Of a stretch of DNA of 25,158 bases, positions 16,507-24,866 are shown piece by piece. The notes under the pieces were generated by a model that saw nothing but the letters and a program-made list of their open reading frames with translations, was not told the DNA's origin and did not search any database. The position numbers and the translations under genes are program-made. Origin of the DNA: an uncultured Nitrososphaerota archaeon. GTDB lineage: Archaea; Korarchaeota; Korarchaeia; Korarchaeales; Korarchaeaceae. Position 1 is the first letter of the stretch. The number at the start of each line of letters is the position of its first letter. The stretch is from NCBI GenBank assembly GCA_964480775.1, contig CAYZRF010000025.1, forward strand, positions 1 through 25,158, read 5' to 3'.

Positions 16507-17469
16507 ATGGTAGCTCTGAATAAAACTCGCTTAGGAAATCTTCTGAAAAAAGAGCTGTATTGGATTCTCTTCAGAATATTGACAATAGCCCTCTTGCAAG
16601 CATTTATTTGGCTATTGATTTATGGAAATTGGCTATCTTTTCTCGGAAACTTACAGAATACTGTCCAAGATCTTTTGCAAAAGCTTGTCTATTCGCTCAT
16701 TGTACTGTTTCTCTTACAGGCATTTAACAGATTTCTCGTATCATCAATAAGGAGGTTATTCTTTCCTATTGTCAAGGGCTTTACCAAGGAGCCTTTAGTT
16801 AGAAGAAGAATGCTCGGTCAGCTAGAACGCTACATAAGTTACTTCGGATATGTGCTTGCGTTACTAGGTATGATGATCATATGGTACTCAAAAGTGGGCC
16901 CATGGTTGGCTAGCTTTCTATCAAACATTTTTGTCTTGATAATGTCGTTTATGATCGGTCTATTTACATCAAGTGTTTTAGGCAATGTTTTAGCATACTG
17001 GACATTAAGCCATGTGGATGTCTTTAAGAAAGGTGACAGAATTCAAATAGGAAATGCTTTTGGAGATGTAATTGACTTTGGTTTCTTTTTTACTAAAATA
17101 AAGACATCGAAAAACGAGATCATAAGCCTACCTAATCTATATGTAGTCGAAAATGGATTGTCAAATTATAGTGCTCTCGACATGGTTCTGGTCCATGTCC
17201 CAATTACTCTAAATTATGACATAGATAAGGAGGTAGTAAAGGACATACTGATAAAAAGTGCGATGAAAACAGAGGGAATAATAAAGAAAGAGGACAAAAA
17301 GCCGTTTGTACTCTTCATAGATATTTCGTACTCAAAAGAAACAGGGAAAACCGCGATTACATATGAAATAAACGCTTACACTGATAGACCGAACGATCTT
17401 GCTAAAATTAGAAGCGAATTAATAGAAAATATGCTTGAGGGATTTAAAGAAGCTGGGATAGAGATATAA
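16507..17469 (+). CDS. Mechanosensitive ion channel (MscS family)
   Basis: N-terminal TM helices followed by the MscS beta-domain signature FKKGDRIQIGNAFGDVIDFGFFFTKIKTSKNEIISLPN. Confidence 0.8.
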   Translation: MVALNKTRLGNLLKKELYWILFRILTIALLQAFIWLLIYGNWLSFLGNLQNTVQDLLQKLVYSLIVLFLLQAFNRFLVSSIRRLFFPIVKGFTKEPLVRRRMLGQLERYISYFGYVLALLGMMIIWYSKVGPWLASFLSNIFVLIMSFMIGLFTSSVLGNVLAYWTLSHVDVFKKGDRIQIGNAFGDVIDFGFFFTKIKTSKNEIISLPNLYVVENGLSNYSALDMVLVHVPITLNYDIDKEVVKDILIKSAMKTEGIIKKEDKKPFVLFIDISYSKETGKTAITYEINAYTDRPNDLAKIRSELIENMLEGFKEAGIEI

Positions 17470-17527
17470 CCGAAAGGATAGTTTTGAAAAGAAATTAGAT
17501 TAATCAATATCTGAAATGGGGCTTCTA

Positions 17528-18451
17528 TTAAGGTTCATCAAAAGGATCCTCTTTCATCTTAAAGAATAGCCAATAGTTTTCCCTTCCCTTCCAACCTGTT
17601 CTAATGAGAGCATATTTCCCTTTGAGTTTGATCCCGTTTATCTCAAATATGATTTTGTTCTCACTTACTTCCAGAGGCCTATACGTCCCCCTATCCCATA
17701 TTTTCACGAGTCCAGCCCCATACTGGCCCTTAGGAATTGAGTTTGATACTAAGATTGATCCTGCAAAATAATTTTGATTTTGTTTAACCTCTATGTCATA
17801 TCTCTGAATATTTTCGGTTTGTACCCTCCCAGTGTATTCAACTTTTGCCATTGAAATTTTATGTCCTACTACATCCTCTAATCTCGGTTTTATTAGTACA
17901 TAGTCTCCTTTCCTAAGTTCTCTGGCCTTTTTCTTTCCAAAGGGAGTGTAGATAACATGATTTTGAGTTAAAATAATCTTTTTAGATGAAGAGTCACCCG
18001 AAATTGAAAGCTCCATGAAGTCGCTTGATACACCGTTTTTGAACCATCCTATAACTGGTTTCCACTCGATTTTTTCTTCTATCGTGTTATAAGAGAGGAC
18101 ATTTACTTTCAACCTGTTTTCTACGATTTCTCCTATGCTTAGTGGACCATTATCTGTGAGGATTATGGTCCCATACTCCAGGCATCCCTCAAAATAGGCA
18201 TATTCCAAAGGATGGTCCTCCATTTGAATTGCTAGCCTTTTTATTCCGGGCTCAACTGAGGGCTCCTTTGGAATAGCCCAACTTCTTAAGACTCCTCCCA
18301 TCTCTAACCTGAGATCATAGTGAAGCCTTCTTGCATGATGTTCTTGAATTACGTAGACTAGATCCTTCTCTTTTACTTTACTCTGCTCTGATCCAATAGG
18401 TTCTGGAGATTTTGAAAAGTCTCTCTTATCTCTATAATCTCTAAGGGACAA
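17528..18451 (-). CDS. Stand-alone LigD-type DNA 3'-phosphoesterase (PE domain) interrupted by a mini-intein
   Basis: YRDKRDFSKSPEP, VIQEHHARRLHYDLRLE, SWAIPKEPS and EDHPLEYAYFEG, followed after the insert by SIPKGQYGAGLVKIWDRGTY...KGKYALIR...WLFFK. This is the complete LigD PE signature. TTG start at 18451. Confidence 0.85.
   Translation of the reverse strand: MSLRDYRDKRDFSKSPEPIGSEQSKVKEKDLVYVIQEHHARRLHYDLRLEMGGVLRSWAIPKEPSVEPGIKRLAIQMEDHPLEYAYFEGCLEYGTIILTDNGPLSIGEIVENRLKVNVLSYNTIEEKIEWKPVIGWFKNGVSSDFMELSISGDSSSKKIILTQNHVIYTPFGKKKARELRKGDYVLIKPRLEDVVGHKISMAKVEYTGRVQTENIQRYDIEVKQNQNYFAGSILVSNSIPKGQYGAGLVKIWDRGTYRPLEVSENKIIFEINGIKLKGKYALIRTGWKGRENYWLFFKMKEDPFDEP
17741..18184 (-). mobile_element. 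Class-1 mini-intein (148 aa, no homing-endonuclease domain) inside the phosphoesterase gene
   Basis: Residues 90-237 of the ORF. Cys1 (TGC at 18182..18184) heads block A (CLEYGTIILTDNGPLSIGEIV). Block B TQNH lies at 17957..17968. Blocks F/G read RYDIEVKQNQNYFAGSILVSN, with the terminal Asn at 17741..17743 and the +1 Ser at 17738..17740. Confidence 0.8.
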
Positions 18452-18460
18452 TCCTAAGAT

Positions 18461-18490
18461 TATTTCTCTAATATATGTACGTAAAAAATT
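18461..18490. promoter_or_regulatory. AT-rich divergent promoter region between the phosphoesterase and the second AlaX gene
   Basis: TATTTCTCTAATATATGTACGTAAAAAATT contains TATA-like elements on both strands, at suitable distances from the TTG at 18451 (minus) and the ATG at 18517 (plus). Confidence 0.3.
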
Positions 18491-18516
18491 GTAGCATCTT
18501 TTGGCATAACCCTTTT

Positions 18517-19305
18517 ATGATCTGGTTAATAGCCTTTTTTGAGTTGGATATAAATAAGCTGGTTATCGGCGTTTCCCCTACCAATAAGCTGTACCTTGAT
18601 GACCCTTACCTGAGGGCGTCAAAAGCTAGGGTGCTGATTTCAAAACGAGAGAAGAAGAATGCCTACATTGTACTTGATAGGAGCATATATCATCCCAAAG
18701 GAGGAGGGCAGCCCACAGATTTAGGCTATTTTAAAGGAGATGACTTTAATATAAGCCTAAAAAAGGTGATGGAAGTCAAAGGAGTTCTTGTTCACTTTGG
18801 AAAGCTAGATGGTAGGTTGCCGCTGCCTGGCGAGGAAATCGATTGTGTGTTGGACTGGGAGAGGCGTTATCTAACAATGAGATTGCACACGGCAGGGCAT
18901 GTTCTCGATTATGCTCTGAAAGAGGTTTATGGTAAAGTTGTAAATACTCTAGGAGCTCTCCATGGACCGCCAGTCGCATTTACAGAGTACAAAGGTGAAC
19001 TTCCAAACACTAAGCAGATTGAAGTGATCCAAAAGAGAGCAAACGAGATAGTCGAAGATAAAAGAGAGGTTAAGTTCGTTTATGTAACCGCAGATGAATT
19101 ATTGACATCTGTAAAAGATGCGCCAAACATAGATAGACTGCCTAAAGCTGAGAGATACAGGCTTGTGGTTATAGAAGGAGTAAATGCAATTCCTTGTATG
19201 GGGACTCACGTAAAGAACACGATTGAAATAGGCCCGATTGATGTTAGGAAGGTCGAAGAAACTGAAAAGGGGTTCAAGCTGTACTACGCCGTTAAAGAAT
19301 TCTAA
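18517..19305 (+). CDS. Second AlaX-like aminoacyl-tRNA editing protein (Ala/Thr-tRNA synthetase second additional domain family)
   Basis: TNKLYLDDPYL, YHPKGGGQPTD, HTAGHVLD (HxxxH) and CMGTHV (CxxxH). The start is uncertain: ATG 18475 (adds a non-AlaX hydrophobic leader), ATG 18517, or TTG 18544. Confidence 0.8.
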   Translation: MIWLIAFFELDINKLVIGVSPTNKLYLDDPYLRASKARVLISKREKKNAYIVLDRSIYHPKGGGQPTDLGYFKGDDFNISLKKVMEVKGVLVHFGKLDGRLPLPGEEIDCVLDWERRYLTMRLHTAGHVLDYALKEVYGKVVNTLGALHGPPVAFTEYKGELPNTKQIEVIQKRANEIVEDKREVKFVYVTADELLTSVKDAPNIDRLPKAERYRLVVIEGVNAIPCMGTHVKNTIEIGPIDVRKVEETEKGFKLYYAVKEF

Positions 19306-19352
19306 GCTATGGGAGCCAAGACTTTTTCTCTAATCACCGCAAAGGCAACAAG

Positions 19353-20540
19353 ATGTCTAGGGTAAAACCTGATGAGTCGAGAAAAAAGAACGAATATGAA
19401 AGGATAAGAATTTATTTAGATGCTTATATGGACGAAGCTTTCTCCTCGAGTCTTTATGCGAAGCTTTCAAAAATAACAGAAGGAGAACTCTCGAAAAGAC
19501 TTGATGAGTTGGCTGAGATAGAGACCTCCCATGCAAGATTTTGGAAAGAAATCCTGGAAGAACAGGGATTTAAAGCGGGAGACATAAGAATCTCAAGAAT
19601 CAAATTAATTCTCTTCGTATTAGGGGCAAGGATCTTAGGAACTCCGCTTATAATCAAACTTCTTGAGGCTGGAGAAGTTGCCGCTATCTCACTGTACTCT
19701 AAGATACTGAAGGAAGGATTGCTCTCAGAAGATAAAAGTGTCATTCTAAGATCTGTTCTAGAGGATGAGCTGTTGCATGAGTCATTATTTCGAAAAGAAG
19801 AAGAAAAGTTCAAAGGATTTCTTAACCATGTAAGAGATGCTGTTTTGGGAATGAGCGATGGTTTAGTTGAGGTTCTCTCAGTCACAGCTGGTCTCGCTGG
19901 AGCATATGGAGATCCTTTACACACAGCCCTTGGAGGTTTGATCGTTGGTTTCGGAGGGGCTACCTCCATGGCAATTGGATCGTATGTTTCGATAAAGTCT
20001 CAGAAGGAAGTTAAGGAAGGGCAGATTGAGAAAATACGAATGGAATCCATGGTAGCAAAAGAACATAGGCTTAGAAGGATAAGCGAGATTCTAGCAAGAA
20101 GGGGGCTTAGATCCAGAACTCTAAGCCTTTTACTAAAGGATCTTAGCGAAAATGAGGATGCTCTTGCCGAGATATCTCTTAGAGAAGATCTTGGGCTTAG
20201 TGAAGAGGTCTTAGAGGATCCAAAGAGGTCAGCAGCTTACACTGGTGTTTTCTATATTATTGGGGCTCTAGTTCCGACGATCCCTTATTTGTTTATAAGA
20301 GACATGAATATAGGCCTCTTTACGTCCCTATTCCTTACAGCATTAATGCTAGGAACCACTGGAGTTATAATTGGAATCTCTGCTGGTTTAAGTCCTTTGA
20401 AAAAGGCTTTTGAAATGATCTTTTCTGGATTAAGCGCGGCAGCCATAACTTTCGGGGTCGGAAGATTTGCTTCATCACTTCTTGGCGTGGAACTAGGAAA
20501 AAATCTATCAAAAAGTCGTAAATTTCCTAAAGTTAAGTGA
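19353..20540 (+). CDS. Ferritin-like (rubrerythrin-type) domain fused to a VIT1/CCC1-family iron/manganese transporter
   Basis: The N-terminal part reads YMDEAFSSSLYAKL...EIETSHARFWKEIL...EDELLHESLF, consistent with a diiron four-helix bundle. The C-terminal part reads AVLGMSDGLVEVLSVTAGLAGA followed by TM helices typical of VIT1. Confidence 0.8.
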   Translation: MSRVKPDESRKKNEYERIRIYLDAYMDEAFSSSLYAKLSKITEGELSKRLDELAEIETSHARFWKEILEEQGFKAGDIRISRIKLILFVLGARILGTPLIIKLLEAGEVAAISLYSKILKEGLLSEDKSVILRSVLEDELLHESLFRKEEEKFKGFLNHVRDAVLGMSDGLVEVLSVTAGLAGAYGDPLHTALGGLIVGFGGATSMAIGSYVSIKSQKEVKEGQIEKIRMESMVAKEHRLRRISEILARRGLRSRTLSLLLKDLSENEDALAEISLREDLGLSEEVLEDPKRSAAYTGVFYIIGALVPTIPYLFIRDMNIGLFTSLFLTALMLGTTGVIIGISAGLSPLKKAFEMIFSGLSAAAITFGVGRFASSLLGVELGKNLSKSRKFPKVK

Positions 20541-20594
20541 TGAAGCAACGACGAGTTTATCTGTTATTATTAAATTAGACAGAGGGTTGTTACT

Positions 20595-22211
20595 GTGAAA
20601 ATAAGCAAAGTAGATTTTCTTTCTCTATCTTTGATCGTTGTTGTCCTAGTTCTCCTAATGGAGAGATTCAAGGTATTTCCCCTTTTTGTTGACATCTATT
20701 ACCATCTAAGCGTTGTGAGAGGATTTGATTTGGCTGGAGGGATTGTTCTAAAAGATTTTTGGGAATTTGCACCGACAGGCAGGACCCATCTCTATCCTCC
20801 TTTGCTTCACATTATTATGCTACTATTACATAAAGGTGGAATGGATTTTCCTGTACTTGGAGCTTTCATTAGCATAGTAATGTTTCCTTTGTCTTTAATT
20901 ACTAGCTGGTTTTCGATGAGAAAGGCCTTTGGAAGCAATGTTGCTTTCTTCTCACTTCTGATGCTAATGAGTCCACTTAGCTATCTAACTAGCCAATCAG
21001 TAGTTAGTGCAGCCACTTTGGTGTTAGTCCTGACGCCTCTTCTTTTCTACTTCTTTGAGAAAGATATGCTACTTGCAGCCATCACAACGATGACTGCTTG
21101 CCTTTACACGCATCTTAGTATGCCTCACGTAACAGCATTGGCTTTTGTGCTTTATGGAATATTCTCAAAGAGAATTGGAAAGGTGATCAAGTTCCTTGCC
21201 CCCTCCTACATTTTGTATCTTCCATGGGCTCTTCACATAGCACTTAACTCCGAGTATCTAGTTACAGGGAGGGTTTTCGGCAGGGATTTGGAGGCTCACA
21301 TGCTGCTTGTGGTATTTGCTCTGCTGGGGGCTGCTGTTTCGATAAAAAAGAGGGGATCCTACCTTTTCCCACTTGCTTACTCCTTTGCAATGATTCCTAT
21401 TGCATTTAAGTACCCTGCCAGATTTTCAGATCATTGTTTGCTCCCTCTATCTATGTTAGCAGGATTAGGCGCAGCTGAGGCTCTAAGATGGCTTAGATCA
21501 AGGAACATACCAAGCTTTGTTCTTCCATCGCTACTTCTCATATTGGTTGTTATCGTGGACCCCATCCTAATGATATCCATCAGAAGCCCTCCTGGGCCCC
21601 TTGGAGGAGGATCTTTACAACGTAAGACCGTTGTGCTTGTACCTCACGAGACTTTCATAACTAGCTTCATCTCTTTGGACCGTGCTATGAGGTCGTCTGA
21701 AAGGATGTTCTTTACAAATTGGATAACGGAGGAAAACATGAAAGTTGCAGAGCTGGTCTTAGAGAATTCTGAGTGGGATGAGATAGTATTCGTCGATAAC
21801 GGACCCTATGGCTGTTTTATCACGTCTTTCACTGGAAGGGCTCAGACAGGAGGGATGTTTCATGAGGTCTCCCCAGAGGAGGTTAGGGCCCCTCCGAAGG
21901 TGGCAAGAGTGATTGTACTAACTGAAACTAAAAAGGGATCGAAGGCCTTGAACCTCTGGGAAAATCCGCCTCCCTTTTTGGTTAGAGTAGCCAAAATAGG
22001 CAAGGTATTGATTCTAAGGAGAGAAGGTTCCAAAACCGCCAGGATTTTGATTCCAAAGCCGATCATTCCCACCAATCTAGCTTTTATCTTGCTATTATCA
22101 ATTCCTTCAGGTATTTTGATAGATATCTTGATTCAACGCAAGAAAGAAGTGGATATGCAGGCTACTTCTTCTCTAGAGTTGCTCGGGAACGACGTGGAAC
22201 ATGTTTCTTGA
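20595..22211 (+). CDS. Polytopic membrane protein, probably a GT-C-fold (ArnT/PMT-like) glycosyltransferase, with a C-terminal soluble domain
   Basis: GTG start. About 10-11 TM helices over the first ~330 aa, with an early loop reading KDFWEFAPTGRTHLYPPLLH. A soluble ~170-aa domain and a final TM helix follow. No WWDYG motif, so this is not AglB. Confidence 0.45.
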   Translation: MKISKVDFLSLSLIVVVLVLLMERFKVFPLFVDIYYHLSVVRGFDLAGGIVLKDFWEFAPTGRTHLYPPLLHIIMLLLHKGGMDFPVLGAFISIVMFPLSLITSWFSMRKAFGSNVAFFSLLMLMSPLSYLTSQSVVSAATLVLVLTPLLFYFFEKDMLLAAITTMTACLYTHLSMPHVTALAFVLYGIFSKRIGKVIKFLAPSYILYLPWALHIALNSEYLVTGRVFGRDLEAHMLLVVFALLGAAVSIKKRGSYLFPLAYSFAMIPIAFKYPARFSDHCLLPLSMLAGLGAAEALRWLRSRNIPSFVLPSLLLILVVIVDPILMISIRSPPGPLGGGSLQRKTVVLVPHETFITSFISLDRAMRSSERMFFTNWITEENMKVAELVLENSEWDEIVFVDNGPYGCFITSFTGRAQTGGMFHEVSPEEVRAPPKVARVIVLTETKKGSKALNLWENPPPFLVRVAKIGKVLILRREGSKTARILIPKPIIPTNLAFILLLSIPSGILIDILIQRKKEVDMQATSSLELLGNDVEHVS

Positions 22212-23076
22212 AGGCTGTTTGCTTCTCTCTTACAAGTTTTACTGGAGAAACAAGCCTACATGCACATTTTCTTCTTTTAGTGCTCAAGATTAGTGAGAGG
22301 AGGAAGGTTATAGAAGTTATCACTCCGATTACGGCACTCGTGGCAACGTTCGCTCTAATTGATATGAAAAAACCTGAGAGAGAGGAAATCACTGCAATAA
22401 GAACAGAGAGGGTTATCATTCTTTCTAGGCTGTGTGAGAACTCATATGCTGCCGCTGCAGGGGCTACAAGCATGACAACTGTGAGAATGGATCCTACAAC
22501 CCTTAAGGCAACAACTGTTGCGACGGCTATGAGTAGAATCATGAAGTAATGGATGAATCTTACTCTAAGCCCCATTGCCTCTGCTCCTTCTTCATCAAAA
22601 GTGATGAACTTGAACTCCTTGTAAAATATCATAACAAGGCAAATGCTAGTTATTGTGAAAGCAAATAGAATCGCAAGTTCTCCTTCTGTGACTCCTAAAA
22701 CATCTCCTATTAAGAAAGACCATGCCGCCACAGTATAGGCGCTTAACATAGATATGAACAGGATCGCGATAGAGGTAGAGAAACCAAAGCTTACCCCGAG
22801 GAGGATATCCATCCTACCTCCTCCTTCCTCACCCACATACGCTGTTGCTAAAGCGAACGCTATACTCAGGAGAAAGGCTCCTAGCACTGGTTCGATTCCA
22901 ATTATTACTCCTAACACAGCTCCTGCAAGCGAAGCGTGGGCAATTGCGGCTCCCATAGTCGATAGTCCTCTAAGCACAGTGAATGTGCCTATAACAGCAG
23001 TCATTATGGAGGATATGACTAGGGCTAGCAGGGCCCTAAGAATGAGAGGGGATGAGAAAAACTCAAACATGATCAT
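22162..23076 (-). CDS. Metal ABC transporter permease (ABC-3 / ZnuB-MntB-TroCD family)
   Basis: ILRALLALVISSIMTAVIGTFTVLRGLSTMGAAIAHASLAGAVLGV is typical of the ABC-3 family. The ATG at 23076 or 23070 overlaps the stop of the upstream ATPase gene. Confidence 0.85.
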   Translation of the reverse strand: MIMFEFFSSPLILRALLALVISSIMTAVIGTFTVLRGLSTMGAAIAHASLAGAVLGVIIGIEPVLGAFLLSIAFALATAYVGEEGGGRMDILLGVSFGFSTSIAILFISMLSAYTVAAWSFLIGDVLGVTEGELAILFAFTITSICLVMIFYKEFKFITFDEEGAEAMGLRVRFIHYFMILLIAVATVVALRVVGSILTVVMLVAPAAAAYEFSHSLERMITLSVLIAVISSLSGFFISIRANVATSAVIGVITSITFLLSLILSTKRRKCACRLVSPVKLVREKQTAFKKHVPRRSRATLEKK

Positions 23077-23821
23077 CACCAGATAAATTGGGTAACCCAA
23101 GAATAACGGGCATTCCATAAACGCTTTGAATTAGTTCTGGTTTGAGTACATCATCTTTACTTCCAAACGCCATAACTTCGACATTTAACAATAGTACAAG
23201 ATCAGCTATTGAGGCCGGTTCAGGGTTATGAGAGACCACAATTGCTCCTACACCTTCTTTTACTTTGTCTCTGATAACATCCAATATTAAAGATCTAGAG
23301 GTTAAGTCTACACCAGCAAAGGGTTCATCGAGCAGTAAAAGCTTTGGGTTGGAAGCAAGAGCTCTAGCTATTAGAACTCTTTGTTGCTGACCTCCGGAAA
23401 GATGAATATAGGGTTCGTCCCAGTAATTTTCCATTCCAACCAGGCTTAGTGCTTCTTTTGCTGCTTCAAGATCTATAGTCCTAAACCAAGCACCTAGAGG
23501 TAATTTCGGAGTTCTCCCCATTAACACTACATCTTTGACGAGAACTGGCATTGTAGGATCTATTCTCTCCCTTTGCGGGACGTATCCAATTATCCTTCTT
23601 ACTTTGGCTCCTTCCTTGAAGGGATTCATTCCTAAAATCTCAACAGTGCCAGAAATAGGTTTTAAGAGACCAAGCATGGTTTTGAGTAAAGTAGTTTTAC
23701 CAGCGCCATTAGGACCTATAACTGCCAAAAGAGCAGGATTTTTCATTTCGAAGCTAACGTTTTGAAGAGCTATCCTCTCTGGATATGCAACTGTCAGATT
23801 GCTAACTTTTAGGACGACCAC
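23063..23821 (-). CDS. Metal ABC transporter ATP-binding protein (ZnuC/MntA/TroB-like)
   Basis: Walker A GPNGAGKTT, signature LSGGQQQR, Walker B LLLLDEP, and H-loop VVSHN. Confidence 0.9.
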   Translation of the reverse strand: MVVLKVSNLTVAYPERIALQNVSFEMKNPALLAVIGPNGAGKTTLLKTMLGLLKPISGTVEILGMNPFKEGAKVRRIIGYVPQRERIDPTMPVLVKDVVLMGRTPKLPLGAWFRTIDLEAAKEALSLVGMENYWDEPYIHLSGGQQQRVLIARALASNPKLLLLDEPFAGVDLTSRSLILDVIRDKVKEGVGAIVVSHNPEPASIADLVLLLNVEVMAFGSKDDVLKPELIQSVYGMPVILGLPNLSGDDHV

Positions 23822-24804
23822 TTAAAACACCTCGCTAACAGGAAAGTTTGGAAAATCAAGAGAACTGCTAATATCAGAATTGCGATCCAATAAGGCCTTG
23901 TAGATATAGATTTAGAGCTTCCTCCAGCCGTCCTTCCTGCTTGGATTCCAGAAACAATTTGTAATATAGTATATTTTATGAATTCAACGTAAGTGTCTCC
24001 TTCATCGATGGTTACTCCATGAACATAAATTACTGGAATTCCTGTTTCCCTTGAGATTTGATCCGCAAGTCTCCCTTCATTGCCCTCTTTTTGCGTTGCA
24101 AGAGCAATTATCACTCTTGCTCTTCCCTCACTCGCTAGCTTTTCTATTTCTACTATCTCCGAAGGGCTTGGAAGCTTCTCTTCTCCCTTTATTATTATTC
24201 CGAGAACATTTAGCCCCAGAATCTCTGTTATAGGCTCAAAATGAGCGCCTCCTAGCAGGACCCTTTCGCCTTCTATGCTATATTGCGTTTTTACTAGGGA
24301 GATCCAACTCTTTAAGGAATCTATCTTCTCCTCGAAAGTAGCCAAATTTGAGGAGTAGTACTCACTATTTTCAGGATTCAGCAGAATCAAATTATTAGCA
24401 ATGACCCTAGCAATAATCTTGGCGTTCTCTGGGTACATCCATAAGTAATGCGGATTTCCCCTCCTTATGTAAACACCAGCATTGATCCAGTCGCTCCAAC
24501 CCAAGGATAATCCTAACTTGTTCTCAGGAAACTGACCAAGAAATGGTTCCTTTCCTATAGATATGAAGAGGTCACAGGTCCTTACAAGTTCTGCTTCCAT
24601 TGGTTTTGGGGCATATTGGTGAGGATCACTTCCGCTTGGAACAAGAACCACTACGTTGGCTTTTTCTCCACAGATCTCCTTAGCAATAGATCCTAATGGA
24701 GCTATTGTTGCTACTATTGTTAATTTTTCTCCTTCGCAAGAGATTTTTAGGGCTGCTGTTAAGGAGAGCGATATTAGGATGAGTATCCCAAGTTTCAGTT
24801 TCAT
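23809..24804 (-). CDS. Cluster-9 (ZnuA/TroA-family) metal-binding protein with a signal peptide and a C-terminal TM anchor
   Basis: GSDPHQYAPKP and GNPHYLWMYPENA are metal-ligand His motifs of the TroA/ZnuA family. N-terminal signal MKLKLGILILISLSLTAAL; C-terminal helix YWIAILILAVLLIFQTFLL. The gene overlaps the ATPase gene by 13 nt. Confidence 0.8.
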   Translation of the reverse strand: MKLKLGILILISLSLTAALKISCEGEKLTIVATIAPLGSIAKEICGEKANVVVLVPSGSDPHQYAPKPMEAELVRTCDLFISIGKEPFLGQFPENKLGLSLGWSDWINAGVYIRRGNPHYLWMYPENAKIIARVIANNLILLNPENSEYYSSNLATFEEKIDSLKSWISLVKTQYSIEGERVLLGGAHFEPITEILGLNVLGIIIKGEEKLPSPSEIVEIEKLASEGRARVIIALATQKEGNEGRLADQISRETGIPVIYVHGVTIDEGDTYVEFIKYTILQIVSGIQAGRTAGGSSKSISTRPYWIAILILAVLLIFQTFLLARCFKWSS

Positions 24805-24866
24805 TACAACCGTACACCTTAATTCAACAGACCAAGATCTTAATGGTTAGCAAACAACAAGAAAAG

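Noticed and set aside
9828-18451. The AEP primase-like gene plus the PE gene as a dispersed LigD/NHEJ system
   Set aside because: The AEP motif III (P.SLH) and N-terminal region match PriS-type primases rather than LigD polymerase domains. The genes are 7 kb apart on opposite strands with unrelated genes in between. No Ku or ATP-dependent ligase is present.
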